Below, one piece after another: positions 1-8,775 of a stretch of 29,953 bases of DNA. This DNA is from a virus (taxonomy: Duplodnaviria > Caudoviricetes). Within the stretch, counting starts at the first letter, position 1; each line of letters opens with the position of its first letter. A program made the position numbers and the translations under genes. The stretch is from positions 1-29,953 of the IMG/VR virus record IMGVR_UViG_3300037139_000037. One strand, written 5' to 3'. Below the pieces are notes generated by a model. That model made no database searches, was not told the DNA's origin, and saw only the letters and a list, made by a program, of their open reading frames with translations.

Positions 1-663
1 GTCTTCTCGCCCTTCACTTCTTGGGCGTTCACGATCTGAACATTGTACATCAGGTTGCTCTGTGCGAATGCCTGCTCAAGAGGACCATACCAGATTCCCG
101 ACTTCAGGGACTCTGCGTCTGGACCCAATGCACGGGTCAATAGCACTTCGGCACGCTGCGCAATTCCTGGGGTGATTGCCGCGCCATTCAGGTTAATGGT
201 CGGGGTGCTCAAACGTCCAGGGTACGCATTGCGGTTCAATCCACCGATAGTGCCAGTGTTTGAGTTCACGTCCCAAGCCTTGATGCCTAGGATGGAGTTG
301 CCGCTGCCGTACGATGCACCAGCCACAACGATGTAGTCAGTCACAACTACGTCAGAAGGCAGAACGGTGCTGAAAAACAGGGTGTTGGTAGGACCATCAG
401 AGTAACTGATGGTTGCGGAGGTGACTCCACCAGTACGTTGTACACCAGCCGTGCTGTAGAACTTCACGACCTGTTGGTCGGTGAAAGCTACGGCGACGTT
501 GATGCCTGCGATGCTGGCGGTCTGGGCAGCGGGTGATCCGCCGCTCAGAACGATGGTCGCAGTGGCAGGAATCTGGTCGATCATGCCAGTACCATCGGCG
601 TTGATTAGCCCTTCGATACCCTGCATTGCAGAGTCCAAAGAGTTCTTCATTTCCTGGGCCTTA
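1..663 (-). CDS. Major capsid protein, exon 2 (runs off the window edge)
   Basis: Open minus frame from 662 (KAQEMKNSLDSAMQGIEGLINADGTG...EVKGEK) with no stop; joins exon 1 in frame (GT|T = Val) after intron removal; lies downstream of portal and scaffold. Confidence 0.85.
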
Positions 664-1373
664 CATTTATGTTACTTCTCCAAAGGAGAGGCGTTGCATT
701 TCGGCAACGCTCTGCATATCACTATGCAGGTCGGACTATATCATCACCTTGAGGTGCCTGACGTGTAGTCTCTACGGGTTTAGGTAAAGAGTCTGCTGGG
801 AAAATTCCGTTGAGCCGCATCATTTCTCGTCTCAACTCGTCTCTCTTTGCAGTCACTTCGGAACTCAGTTCTTGACTACCAATTCGTCCTGTGTAATAAG
901 TCTTGCAGAACTCTAAGGTAATCAATGCCTGTTTCCTTTTTACAATGAGGTAAGGCAGAATCCCTAGCGTAAATGTCTCGATGTCCTCGTGGCTTGTTCT
1001 GAACCACGAATATCTCGTTTTATACTTTGGGTTTCGGTTCTCGTTACTGCCTATGAGAACCTTGCCCCCAAAAGTCTTGGCTATCCAATCCATCACCTCT
1101 TTATTGGTGTTGGTTACGGAAACCATACATTTGTAGGTTATGTATTTCTGCTTACTTCCGTCCCGTTTCCTTTGAACAGAGAAGGTTTTGACGATGGAGA
1201 AGGAACCCTCACCATCCATGAAACCTGCTAAGTACGAAAACTTCGACTGTTTTGTCATCCTATCTTCCCTCGGGATTGTCTGATTTACCACTAACTTCAG
1301 TATATCAGGGTTTCCCCGATTTAGTCAAGTTTTGCTGTTGTTTTACTTGCCTGCAGCAGCCGCTAAGGTTTTA
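664..1373 (-). mobile_element. Group I intron (710 nt) in the major capsid gene
   Basis: Exon GCCGU pairs with intron GCGGC (P1, U.G at splice site); guide CCUUA pairs with 3' exon UAAGG (P10); R-like GUAGAGACUA and S-like GAUAUAGUCC (P7 GACUA/UAGUC); P9 hairpins; terminal G at 664. Confidence 0.93.
722..1258 (-). CDS. Intron-encoded single-motif LAGLIDADG homing endonuclease
   Basis: YLAGFMDGEGSFSI motif; ATG at 1258; 3' end of the ORF runs through the intron R/S core. Confidence 0.92.
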   Translation of the reverse strand: MTKQSKFSYLAGFMDGEGSFSIVKTFSVQRKRDGSKQKYITYKCMVSVTNTNKEVMDWIAKTFGGKVLIGSNENRNPKYKTRYSWFRTSHEDIETFTLGILPYLIVKRKQALITLEFCKTYYTGRIGSQELSSEVTAKRDELRREMMRLNGIFPADSLPKPVETTRQAPQGDDIVRPA

Positions 1374-1735
1374 ACGGCGAACAGGCCCTTCTGCTTGGAA
1401 TCCGTGGAAGCCTGAGCCAGCCACGAAATCTCGCAGACGTTGAACAGATAGACTGGGGCCAGAGCGAAGGAAGCCCATTGCGAACCGCTGCCACGGAGCA
1501 TGCTGTCTGCGTTGCCCGTGCCTTGCGTAATTGCCGCACCAGCCTGCACCCTGAAGGGCACTCGGAATGATGCACGTTGCGTCCCACCAGCGTTGCTTTG
1601 GTTGGACACAGGAATCTTTGTTGCTTCTGCCTTAAACATGCTGTACGCGGTCGTCCCGTGGAAAACTAGATCGGGGATTTCTTTAGCGAAAGCATCTAAT
1701 TCAACAGCCTCGACGGCTGCTTCCAATAGCGCCAT
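1374..1735 (-). CDS. Major capsid protein, exon 1
   Basis: MALLEAAVEAVELDAFAKEIPDLVF...KGLFAV; ends at the intron 5' splice site; head-module position. Confidence 0.85.
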
Positions 1736-1857
1736 AAATGTAAATCCTTAAAACAAAGTACCACATCGTACGCTTCTGAGTAACGCACGGGTCTAGCGCT
1801 GAGTTCTACCTTGCCACGTCTCTAATGAATCATGTTTATAGTGTCACGCCACTGCGT

Positions 1858-1998
1858 TCACTTTGAGATAGTGTTTAGATCAGTGTTGCTTTCTAAAATC
1901 GATTGTGCCAGTATGCTTGTGAGCAACTCCCTGTTCTTCTCAGGGCTGCGTGCTCTTGCTTTTGCTGAGTACTCACGCATGTATTTCAAAGTCTTCAT
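1858..1998 (-). pseudogene. 46-aa ORF, probable truncated homing-endonuclease N-terminus
   Basis: AGGAGG SD; YMREYSAKARARSPEKNRE resembles the basic helical N-termini of phage HNH/EndoVII proteins; no catalytic domain; preceded by the same leader structure as intact nucleases. Confidence 0.4.
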
Positions 1999-2005
1999 TA
2001 TTCTA

Positions 2006-2074
2006 CCTCCTAACAGATCGCTCTGGAGGGTGGTTAGGCACCCTCCTCGGCTAACTCAGGGAGCAACCCCTGAG
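2006..2074 (-). promoter_or_regulatory. Two-hairpin / SD-pseudoknot leader element, copy C
   Basis: CUCAGGG/CCCUGAG hairpin, then GGAGGGUG-CCUAAC-CACCCUCC; loop CCUAAC is complementary to GUUAGG overlapping the SD. Confidence 0.6.
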
Positions 2075-2082
2075 GATGTTTT

Positions 2083-2262
2083 TTATTGCACTCCGAGTTT
2101 GATCGGAGCACGGTGCTTGGGGGCGTGTTTCTTCCCCTTTTTGAACTTTGCTTTGGCGTAGCGCACCGATAGCGGGTGTTGTTTCAACACTCGGTCGCGG
2201 TGTGCTTCCCTCTCTCCTTCTTTGCGGAGTTTGGTTGCCAATCTTTGTTCGGGTGTGCGCAT
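2083..2262 (-). CDS. Small basic hypothetical protein (59 aa)
   Basis: AGGAGG SD; MRTPEQRLATKLRKE...KLGVQ; K/R-rich. Confidence 0.7.
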   Translation of the reverse strand: MRTPEQRLATKLRKEGEREAHRDRVLKQHPLSVRYAKAKFKKGKKHAPKHRAPIKLGVQ

Positions 2263-2323
2263 GAGTTAACCTCCTATAGGTTAATTGTCATGTGTCACCT
2301 CCTGTTTTGAATTTGGTTACAGA

Positions 2324-2521
2324 TTACAGCGTCTGTGTAGTTGCGCTGATGTCCTGCGCTTGAACCTGAACGGACAACCCTGAGCCCTGTAACTGAACAG
2401 TGATCAAAGTAGTTGGTCCGACATTGGTAGGTACTACGGTTACAAAAGCGGCGATAGTAGCCTGATCAGCTACGTTAATCGGCTTGCCGTCACGTGTGTT
2501 AGGGCCTGAATTTGTTGACAT
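2324..2521 (-). CDS. Small beta-rich virion protein candidate (65 aa)
   Basis: AAGGA SD, ATG 2521; V/T/Q-rich; lies between scaffold and capsid genes. Confidence 0.65.
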   Translation of the reverse strand: MSTNSGPNTRDGKPINVADQATIAAFVTVVPTNVGPTTLITVQLQGSGLSVQVQAQDISATTQTL

Positions 2522-2523
2522 GT

Positions 2524-2979
2524 TTATTCCTTTTCTCTCCACGAGGGAGTGCCGTTTAAGTCGGCTCTTCTACGTAAAATTTCTTTTTTCCACTGATGAT
2601 TGTGACACAGAGTTTGAAAACCCTCTGGCAATCCTTCACGTTTTAGTTTTGCATAGAACGCTACTCCACCGGGGTTGTTGCTAGTCTTCCTGTCTTCATT
2701 TCCGTTGTTCTCTTTATGATCTAAAGACAGCATATCTGGGTCAACTACGCTACACTCAGGCCAGCAACACTGAAGAACACCGGAGTTTCCGTAGTGGGAT
2801 AGAACCTCAATCTTCAGTGCTAACCTTTCTGCACTTCGATTAACATTGACACGGACTCGACATTCTTCGCAGTACTTAATTTCGGCAGGCTTAACTGCGC
2901 AACAAACGCATAAGCCTTCCTTTCTAAGCCGTGCATATCGCTTCCTGTTGTCTTCGTAGTTCTTCTTTCTTCCAGTCAC
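2524..2979 (-). CDS. HNH-family (His-Me) endonuclease
   Basis: CVCC...CEEC zinc motif, then LSLDHKENNG...FQTLCHNH; GTG start abuts the scaffold stop codon. Confidence 0.8.
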   Translation of the reverse strand: MTGRKKNYEDNRKRYARLRKEGLCVCCAVKPAEIKYCEECRVRVNVNRSAERLALKIEVLSHYGNSGVLQCCWPECSVVDPDMLSLDHKENNGNEDRKTSNNPGGVAFYAKLKREGLPEGFQTLCHNHQWKKEILRRRADLNGTPSWREKE

Positions 2980-4455
2980 CTAACGTCTCCACGTTACAAA
3001 CTTAACAGACTTACCATCTGTAGTCTTAACAAAACCACGTCCCGTGATCTGGAGCGTTTGTAGGTCGTTCGTAGAGTATTCCCTTCCGCCAACCTTTATG
3101 GGCTCGCGTACGAGGTTCGTCGGACGAATGGCAACATAGATCGGCTTGCCTGTGGCTACCGATTGTGTAGCTGCCTTTACTGCTGTTTCTTTCTTCACCA
3201 CCGCAGCGGCTGCCTTGCCTGCGGCACTGCCACCCTTGGCGTAGCCAGGGTAGCGGTTTTGGATCGTATTCCGCACGATGTCTGCGGCAATGTTCTTCAG
3301 CGTAGTTTGGTGATACGCTACGATCTTTGCCTTGTCTGGAGACTTTGCATCCCAGAGGGCTTTCATCTGTATCTGATAGGCTCTGTCGGCCCTCAGCGTA
3401 GAGTACAGACGGTCTTTGATTCCGTTGCCAAGATCAACCTTTGTCTCGCGTGGGAAATCCTTGAAGAAAGGCATAGCCAGGAAAGGCTTCAATGCTGCAC
3501 CTAAAGTGGTGTTGTTGAAGTGCTCGCACTCAGTGGCAATTCCCTCTTCAAATACTTTGGTTTTCTCTGCGGCTGCAGTTGTCTTTTCCTTCTCGAAGGC
3601 TTCTTTATCCGCCATGAACTTTTTGTGTTCTGGTGTAACTTCAGGAACCTTCTTACGGTTGGCTTCGTCGGTTTCCATGCCTTTATACCAATCAGTCATG
3701 ACCTTGGTAATGGCTTGGATCATCCTCACATTGGGCGCTGGCTTGCCTTCGGCATCCTTCTCACCTAGTGCTGCGTTCAACTGATCTAACTTGATGTTCA
3801 GCCCAGACTCTTGAAGTCCGTTTACGAAGTGTGGCATGATCTGAGCGTAATAGTCCTTCTCGTTCACTTCTTTCAAGTGACCAAGGAAGTTTCCTACGAC
3901 TTTACCATAGGCATCTTCTTTGCCCTGGGCCTTCATGTCCTCATACACGTTCTTCGATAGTTGTGGGTCTGCAGCGTACAGGAGTTCGTCGGAACCCTTT
4001 ACGGCGTCCATTGCTTCCTGTGTCTTCTGATAGCCCTCTTGTCCACCGATTGCGTCAATGAAGGCTTTTGCTTCCTTCATTTCTTCTACGCCTTTGGGGA
4101 ACACCGTTTTGGCTGCACTCCAACGCTCGTACGCTCCATGTAGTTCTTTCACTACATTTGCATTGGCGGGTGAGGCATCACGCAGCCCCTTTAGCGCTTT
4201 ACGCACGTTCTGTGGGGTAGCCTCGGTGTCTATTGCTTTGTCAGACTCGACTTTCGCCGCTGCTGTTTCTTTTTGCTCTGGTGTTTGCTCTGTGCCGTCT
4301 TCATTTAGCACAGATGCTGTGGGTGTATCCGTAGTCTGAGTTTCGGTTCCTTCTGTGGGGGTTTCAACGTCCGTAGTCTGAGTTTCTACGACTGAGCCTG
4401 CCGCCGTGTCCGTAGATGAATCTATGGACGCGAAGTCAATCATATCTGTTGCCAT
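2980..4455 (-). CDS. Capsid scaffolding/assembly protein (putative)
   Basis: Acidic T/E-rich disordered N-terminus, helical body, between portal and capsid genes; ATG 4455 after AAGGA. Confidence 0.65.
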   Translation of the reverse strand: MATDMIDFASIDSSTDTAAGSVVETQTTDVETPTEGTETQTTDTPTASVLNEDGTEQTPEQKETAAAKVESDKAIDTEATPQNVRKALKGLRDASPANANVVKELHGAYERWSAAKTVFPKGVEEMKEAKAFIDAIGGQEGYQKTQEAMDAVKGSDELLYAADPQLSKNVYEDMKAQGKEDAYGKVVGNFLGHLKEVNEKDYYAQIMPHFVNGLQESGLNIKLDQLNAALGEKDAEGKPAPNVRMIQAITKVMTDWYKGMETDEANRKKVPEVTPEHKKFMADKEAFEKEKTTAAAEKTKVFEEGIATECEHFNNTTLGAALKPFLAMPFFKDFPRETKVDLGNGIKDRLYSTLRADRAYQIQMKALWDAKSPDKAKIVAYHQTTLKNIAADIVRNTIQNRYPGYAKGGSAAGKAAAAVVKKETAVKAATQSVATGKPIYVAIRPTNLVREPIKVGGREYSTNDLQTLQITGRGFVKTTDGKSVKFVTWRR

Positions 4456-4510
4456 TTTTTGAGTCCTTCTGAGCGTTAGATGGGCCACGTCTGAGGCGTG
4501 GCCCTTGGTC

Positions 4511-7111
4511 TTACTTCTGCGGTTGCTCTAAGGCGTGGGGTATAGCCTTTTTCGCTACCGAGTCGTTCAGTTGTGTTGCTGCGTGCTGAACAAACATATC
4601 TGGCGTTGCATTGATCTGAGCCTTTGCCAGGGCTTGTACAGCCACAGGAGGAGGCATCTTCGAAACGTCGATACTGATGGATTCAGATGGTGGTCTCTGC
4701 TGTGGAGGAGTATTTGCTGCTGCTATCTTCTTAGCCATCGCAACGTGTTCTTGCCAGTGCATTTTCAAGTTCATGAAACATGCTTGCTGATCTGGCGCTC
4801 CAAACCTCAACTTCTGACCTTCAATTGAGTTCATCTTCTCGAAGCATTCGTTAGCTTCCACTACGTGGTTTTCGCTTTCGTCTTGTGCTACCTGAACACT
4901 GCTGACTTGCGGCGGTACTGCTTGCATCGCCTGGGTCAACTGCTGAACCATGGGGCCTGCTTGTGGAGGCACCATCTGTCCTGTAGCCTGGGCATTCTGC
5001 ATACCTTCGTTGGCTTGGGTCAGAGCGTTTTTCATTTTAAGGAACACTGGGTTGTCTTGTGCAGGTTCTCGCAGTAGTTTTTCGAATTCATTACGCTGCT
5101 TAGTCACTGACGAAGCACCTTGTACTTTGTAGTTCTTCATTCGCAAAGAGGTGGCGGTCTCAGCCAAGTTAGACGGGCTGAATACCCACGCAGCAAAGGG
5201 AGTCATTGGGGCGGTAATGGCTTTGTCTATCATACCCATTATCTTAACGGCCTTTTGCTCTTCAGTCTCTGGAATAGAAGGGTTGCTCTCGGGGTAACAT
5301 AGTACGTTTCCACCAAGGAGGTTCGCAGTATTGACCGAGACGTTTCCCTGTCCTGGCCCAAGGTTCTGTGTTATCTTTTTGCCATCACGACATTCTGCTG
5401 CACACTTCACGGCCTGCCTTGCAGCGATTGCGAACAAGTCCTGAATGTTATTCCATGGACAGCCCACACGCTGTAGTGCTTGATCGCGCTGAATGACTGC
5501 ATTGCCTACGGTGTTCTCGCCTGTGGCGTTACCGAACAAGGAGGGCAGTGCGCCCGAGATTTCCTCGGAGAGAGTTGTGATGAACCATTTGATGAAATCA
5601 GGCAACGCAGGTTGAGGCGTCGGTACTGGTTCCACCATGATGTATTGTGATTCCGTTGTAAGTCCCGGTTGAGGCTGGAACGGTCCTATGTCGCCAGGGA
5701 TGTTGGGCTGCTTCTTGATAGCATCCATGTCGAATGCTTCAGCGTTCATCCACTTCTTAGGGACGGTGCGTTTGAAGAAGTCATCCAGAAGGTCAACCCA
5801 ATCGTTGATGCGCTTCTGTACCGAGATTAGGGCTGTGCCCATTGCTCTGCGGTTCTGACCTTTACCTGCTGACGGGTGCGCGAGGGCAAGGTGATCATCC
5901 ATCTTCTCGTTACGAGAGAAGGCATATTCTTGTCCAGCGCGAGCCAGCAGCACTCCGTCTGGGAATGCCTCTAGCAGTTCTGCTTTGACTTCATCGCTGA
6001 CTGATCCGTCAAGGAACATCGAAGGCCGCATCCACGTGTACTTCACAGTGGTGTGGCGACTCAACGAGTCTCCTGTGACGTACGCACCAAGTACTGCTTG
6101 GCGCACGTTCTCTCTTGCAATGCGATCAAGTTGTGTGGAAGATTGCCCATCAGTGCCGGGGTTGATCTTGCTGGCAATCCACGGGAACATGCCACGCACA
6201 AGCGCAACATCATAGTCCAGCATTAACTGCACGAACGTCATCTCGGAGAAATTGTCAACGGAGATGGGAACCTTATGATCCAGTTTCCCGTGAGCCGTGG
6301 TAACTTCCATGCCGAGTGGCTTCTTAGCATTATTTCCGACGCCTGCTGAATCCAGCACGCCGTCGATGTCTCCTCCACCTTCGGACTCGGACTCAGTAAC
6401 TTGTAGAAAGTCTTCTTGTCCTTCTTGTCCCGTTGGGGTTCTGTCTGGAGGATTCAGTTCATCCTCTGGTACAGTGGGCGTTCCTTGGTCCTCTTCAAAT
6501 CCATACTTCTGTCCGTCAAGATTATAACGTGTCCATAAAAGGACGCGATCTTCGTTCCAGAAAATCCTGGCGCACTGAACTAAAAGTTCATGAAGATTGT
6601 TGTTCCTAGCCCAGATGTCTTTGAAACGATCAGCCTCTTCGGCTGCTATGATGTCTGGTCCCCACTCTGGGTTGGCTGGGTAGAAGTCCACCTTTGGTAT
6701 CTCACGTGATAGCGCGGAGACGATTATATCGCCCTTAGGCCCATACACGTTTGTGTCGTAAATGCTGTTGTGGTTTCGTTCATTGGCTTTCTTGCCCTGT
6801 CCACCGCCGGGTAGTTCCCAGCCTCCGCGTTTTCCATGCAGCAGGTGCTGGTACCCTCTCTCGAAATGTAACGCTTCCCACGCCTGCTCAACTTCAAGCC
6901 TTCTGGCGGCTACATCGGCTTTTGTGCAGATGTCATCAAGGGTAATCAACGTGCCACGTGCCTTATCGCTTAACTCCGCAAAGGGTTCTGGGCTGTAAGG
7001 AAAACTCGCATAAACCCCTAGAGGGCTGTCATTAGGAGACTCTGGTTGGTCGCCTTGCTTGTTAGAGCCTTCAGCCTCTACTCCTGTTGCTTCTGACACT
7101 GTGTCCGGCAT
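4511..7111 (-). CDS. Portal protein (large, P22-like size)
   Basis: 866 aa; between terminase and scaffold; EISGALPSLFG segment and Q/P-rich C-terminal extension typical of portals. Confidence 0.8.
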   Translation of the reverse strand: MPDTVSEATGVEAEGSNKQGDQPESPNDSPLGVYASFPYSPEPFAELSDKARGTLITLDDICTKADVAARRLEVEQAWEALHFERGYQHLLHGKRGGWELPGGGQGKKANERNHNSIYDTNVYGPKGDIIVSALSREIPKVDFYPANPEWGPDIIAAEEADRFKDIWARNNNLHELLVQCARIFWNEDRVLLWTRYNLDGQKYGFEEDQGTPTVPEDELNPPDRTPTGQEGQEDFLQVTESESEGGGDIDGVLDSAGVGNNAKKPLGMEVTTAHGKLDHKVPISVDNFSEMTFVQLMLDYDVALVRGMFPWIASKINPGTDGQSSTQLDRIARENVRQAVLGAYVTGDSLSRHTTVKYTWMRPSMFLDGSVSDEVKAELLEAFPDGVLLARAGQEYAFSRNEKMDDHLALAHPSAGKGQNRRAMGTALISVQKRINDWVDLLDDFFKRTVPKKWMNAEAFDMDAIKKQPNIPGDIGPFQPQPGLTTESQYIMVEPVPTPQPALPDFIKWFITTLSEEISGALPSLFGNATGENTVGNAVIQRDQALQRVGCPWNNIQDLFAIAARQAVKCAAECRDGKKITQNLGPGQGNVSVNTANLLGGNVLCYPESNPSIPETEEQKAVKIMGMIDKAITAPMTPFAAWVFSPSNLAETATSLRMKNYKVQGASSVTKQRNEFEKLLREPAQDNPVFLKMKNALTQANEGMQNAQATGQMVPPQAGPMVQQLTQAMQAVPPQVSSVQVAQDESENHVVEANECFEKMNSIEGQKLRFGAPDQQACFMNLKMHWQEHVAMAKKIAAANTPPQQRPPSESISIDVSKMPPPVAVQALAKAQINATPDMFVQHAATQLNDSVAKKAIPHALEQPQK

Positions 7112-7141
7112 TGTTTGTCTCCCCGCCTATAATCCAAAAAC

Positions 7142-7345
7142 CTAGTGCGACATCGCAGCGAATCCTTTTGCACTCGCCTTCATTCTCTTAACGTGTTCGC
7201 TGTCACCAGCTTTTGGTTCCTTCTGGGATGCGCTTAACTTCTGTCCTTCGGGAACTCCTAGTGCGCGATGGAGTCCGCCCTTGTTCACATTGAAGGAGCC
7301 GTGTGAACCTAAGTCCACTTTGTGACTCTTGTGCCCGATTGCCAT
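7142..7345 (-). CDS. Small basic phage protein (67 aa)
   Basis: MAIGHK...; KGGLHRALGVPEGQKL segment; start coupled to the upstream stop (TAAATG). Confidence 0.75.
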   Translation of the reverse strand: MAIGHKSHKVDLGSHGSFNVNKGGLHRALGVPEGQKLSASQKEPKAGDSEHVKRMKASAKGFAAMSH

Positions 7346-7519
7346 TTAGTAAACTCCCTTGCCATTGTTCTTGTGCTGTCCCGTAGCAGAGGAATTGCTT
7401 CCCTTGCGAATTCCCATAGTCACTCGCTTGAACGAGGTAGGATTCTGATCCTTCGCAGACAATGGAGGTTGCTGCGGTGATGCGTTCAACTTGGTTCTTT
7501 TTCCTAAGCCGATTGCCAT
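7346..7519 (-). CDS. Small basic protein (57 aa), not in the ORF track
   Basis: AAGGA SD; MAIGLGKRTKLNASPQ...GKGVY. Confidence 0.7.
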   Translation of the reverse strand: MAIGLGKRTKLNASPQQPPLSAKDQNPTSFKRVTMGIRKGSNSSATGQHKNNGKGVY

Positions 7520-7647
7520 GGTGATTTGTCCTTCTTTGACGATGGGGCATTCATGACTTCTGCTATGTAATCTTGTTTCCCTGTGTTCTTTGTGTTCTTA
7601 GATGGTTCAGGCAACTTTGACTTTGGTCTTTTTCCAAGTCCTATCAT
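7504..7647 (-). CDS. Small basic protein (47 aa)
   Basis: MIGLGKRPKSK...; ATGA overlap with the upstream gene. Confidence 0.7.
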   Translation of the reverse strand: MIGLGKRPKSKLPEPSKNTKNTGKQDYIAEVMNAPSSKKDKSPWQSA

Positions 7648-7823
7648 GCTGCCCTCATGCTTCCTTTTACTAGTTGCCCACCAGAATCCACTCTGGGTTT
7701 CTTGCGCTTCGGAGGAGGCATAGGTGCTTCGCCTTGCAGCCAACTGGGCAGAGGCGTCGCGTTCATCGAGGCAGTATCCGCAGGTACTGCTGGTTTCTTC
7801 TTTGGAGCACCAATGCCAATCAT
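7644..7823 (-). CDS. Small basic Pro-rich protein (59 aa)
   Basis: MIGIGAPKKK...; TAATG overlap; GGAG SD. Confidence 0.7.
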   Translation of the reverse strand: MIGIGAPKKKPAVPADTASMNATPLPSWLQGEAPMPPPKRKKPRVDSGGQLVKGSMRAA

Positions 7824-8044
7824 TAATTTTTCTCCCAAAATCTGCAATACGCAACTGCATGGACTTTCACATTGCCATTTGCCAAGCGAGGCAACTTGGA
7901 CAGTTCTTTCATTTTTGGTCCGTTGCATCCACTCTCGTCTTTAACAAAGTGTCTGCAATTGAAACAATGCTCCGAACTGCCTGGGTGATGCGATTGGTAC
8001 CCAGTGCGAGGCTCTTTTATAATGCTAAACGCAAACTTAGCCAT
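7823..8044 (-). CDS. HiPIP-like four-Cys small protein (73 aa)
   Basis: YQ-x8-CFNCRHF-x6-C...YCRFW spacing resembles high-potential iron-sulfur proteins. Confidence 0.55.
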   Translation of the reverse strand: MAKFAFSIIKEPRTGYQSHHPGSSEHCFNCRHFVKDESGCNGPKMKELSKLPRLANGNVKVHAVAYCRFWEKN

Positions 8045-8204
8045 TGGACTTCTTCCTTCCAAAACCGGGGGCCTTTTTACGCTCAGGAAGACCTTTGGGT
8101 GATCCCGTGGCACTGAGCCATTCATCAGTGCCAGATGTCCCTAGCTGTTTCTTTGCATCATCGGTGTGAAGCCACCTGAACTGCGCCTTTGAAACTGCTG
8201 GCAT
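8037..8204 (-). CDS. Small phage protein (55 aa)
   Basis: AAGGAG SD; MPAVSKAQFRWL...LPERKK. Confidence 0.75.
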   Translation of the reverse strand: MPAVSKAQFRWLHTDDAKKQLGTSGTDEWLSATGSPKGLPERKKAPGFGRKKSNG

Positions 8205-8213
8205 AGTTCTCCT

Positions 8214-8750
8214 TTATACTAAATTGGGCATGGAAAAGCCATCTTCCTCGCTTGGTGCTCCTTGCTGTCCTTGTTCCTTATGGTTGAAGCCGTCTTTCTC
8301 TTCGTTGCCTTCTTTGCCAGCAGGCGGAACGTTCGCCAGTTCACGTGCCTCACTGTGCGCCTTATGGGCGTGCTCGTGTACATTCATGTGGACATGTCCA
8401 TCGGCGTGATGCGAAGTGACTGTGTGGCGTCCAGACTTTTCATCGTGATGAATCACAACTTTAGTTGCTGGACCGTGCTCTGCAACTACTGGGTGCTGCT
8501 CACCTTCATGCTCTTCTTTTCCGTTCTCTTCGTTCATCTCTCCGTTATGCTCGTCGCCCTCGTTCGCTTCGACGCCCTCATGCGCACCTTCGTGTTCACC
8601 AGCTTCAAACTCTGGGGATTCAGACGCTTCATGCTCAGGTGACTCTTTTGGTCCACCTTCGGAATGCATGCCATCAGGGGTGTGATCCTGATCATGCTTA
8701 CGGCCAGCGAAGATACTGCCAAACTTTTTACCACTTTTAGATGTGTACAT
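8214..8750 (-). CDS. His/Glu-rich low-complexity protein
   Basis: GAGGAG SD; 178 aa with dense H/E tracts. Confidence 0.8.
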   Translation of the reverse strand: MYTSKSGKKFGSIFAGRKHDQDHTPDGMHSEGGPKESPEHEASESPEFEAGEHEGAHEGVEANEGDEHNGEMNEENGKEEHEGEQHPVVAEHGPATKVVIHHDEKSGRHTVTSHHADGHVHMNVHEHAHKAHSEARELANVPPAGKEGNEEKDGFNHKEQGQQGAPSEEDGFSMPNLV

Positions 8751-8775
8751 TTTGCTCCTCTTCGGCGTGGCCGAT

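Noticed and set aside
1343-1735. 130-aa ORF as a complete gene
   Set aside because: The last residues (KTLAAAAGK) are intron read-through; it is capsid exon 1
4328-4386. 17-bp direct repeat in the scaffold gene
   Set aside because: Encodes a duplicated ETQTTD peptide in a low-complexity region; not an array
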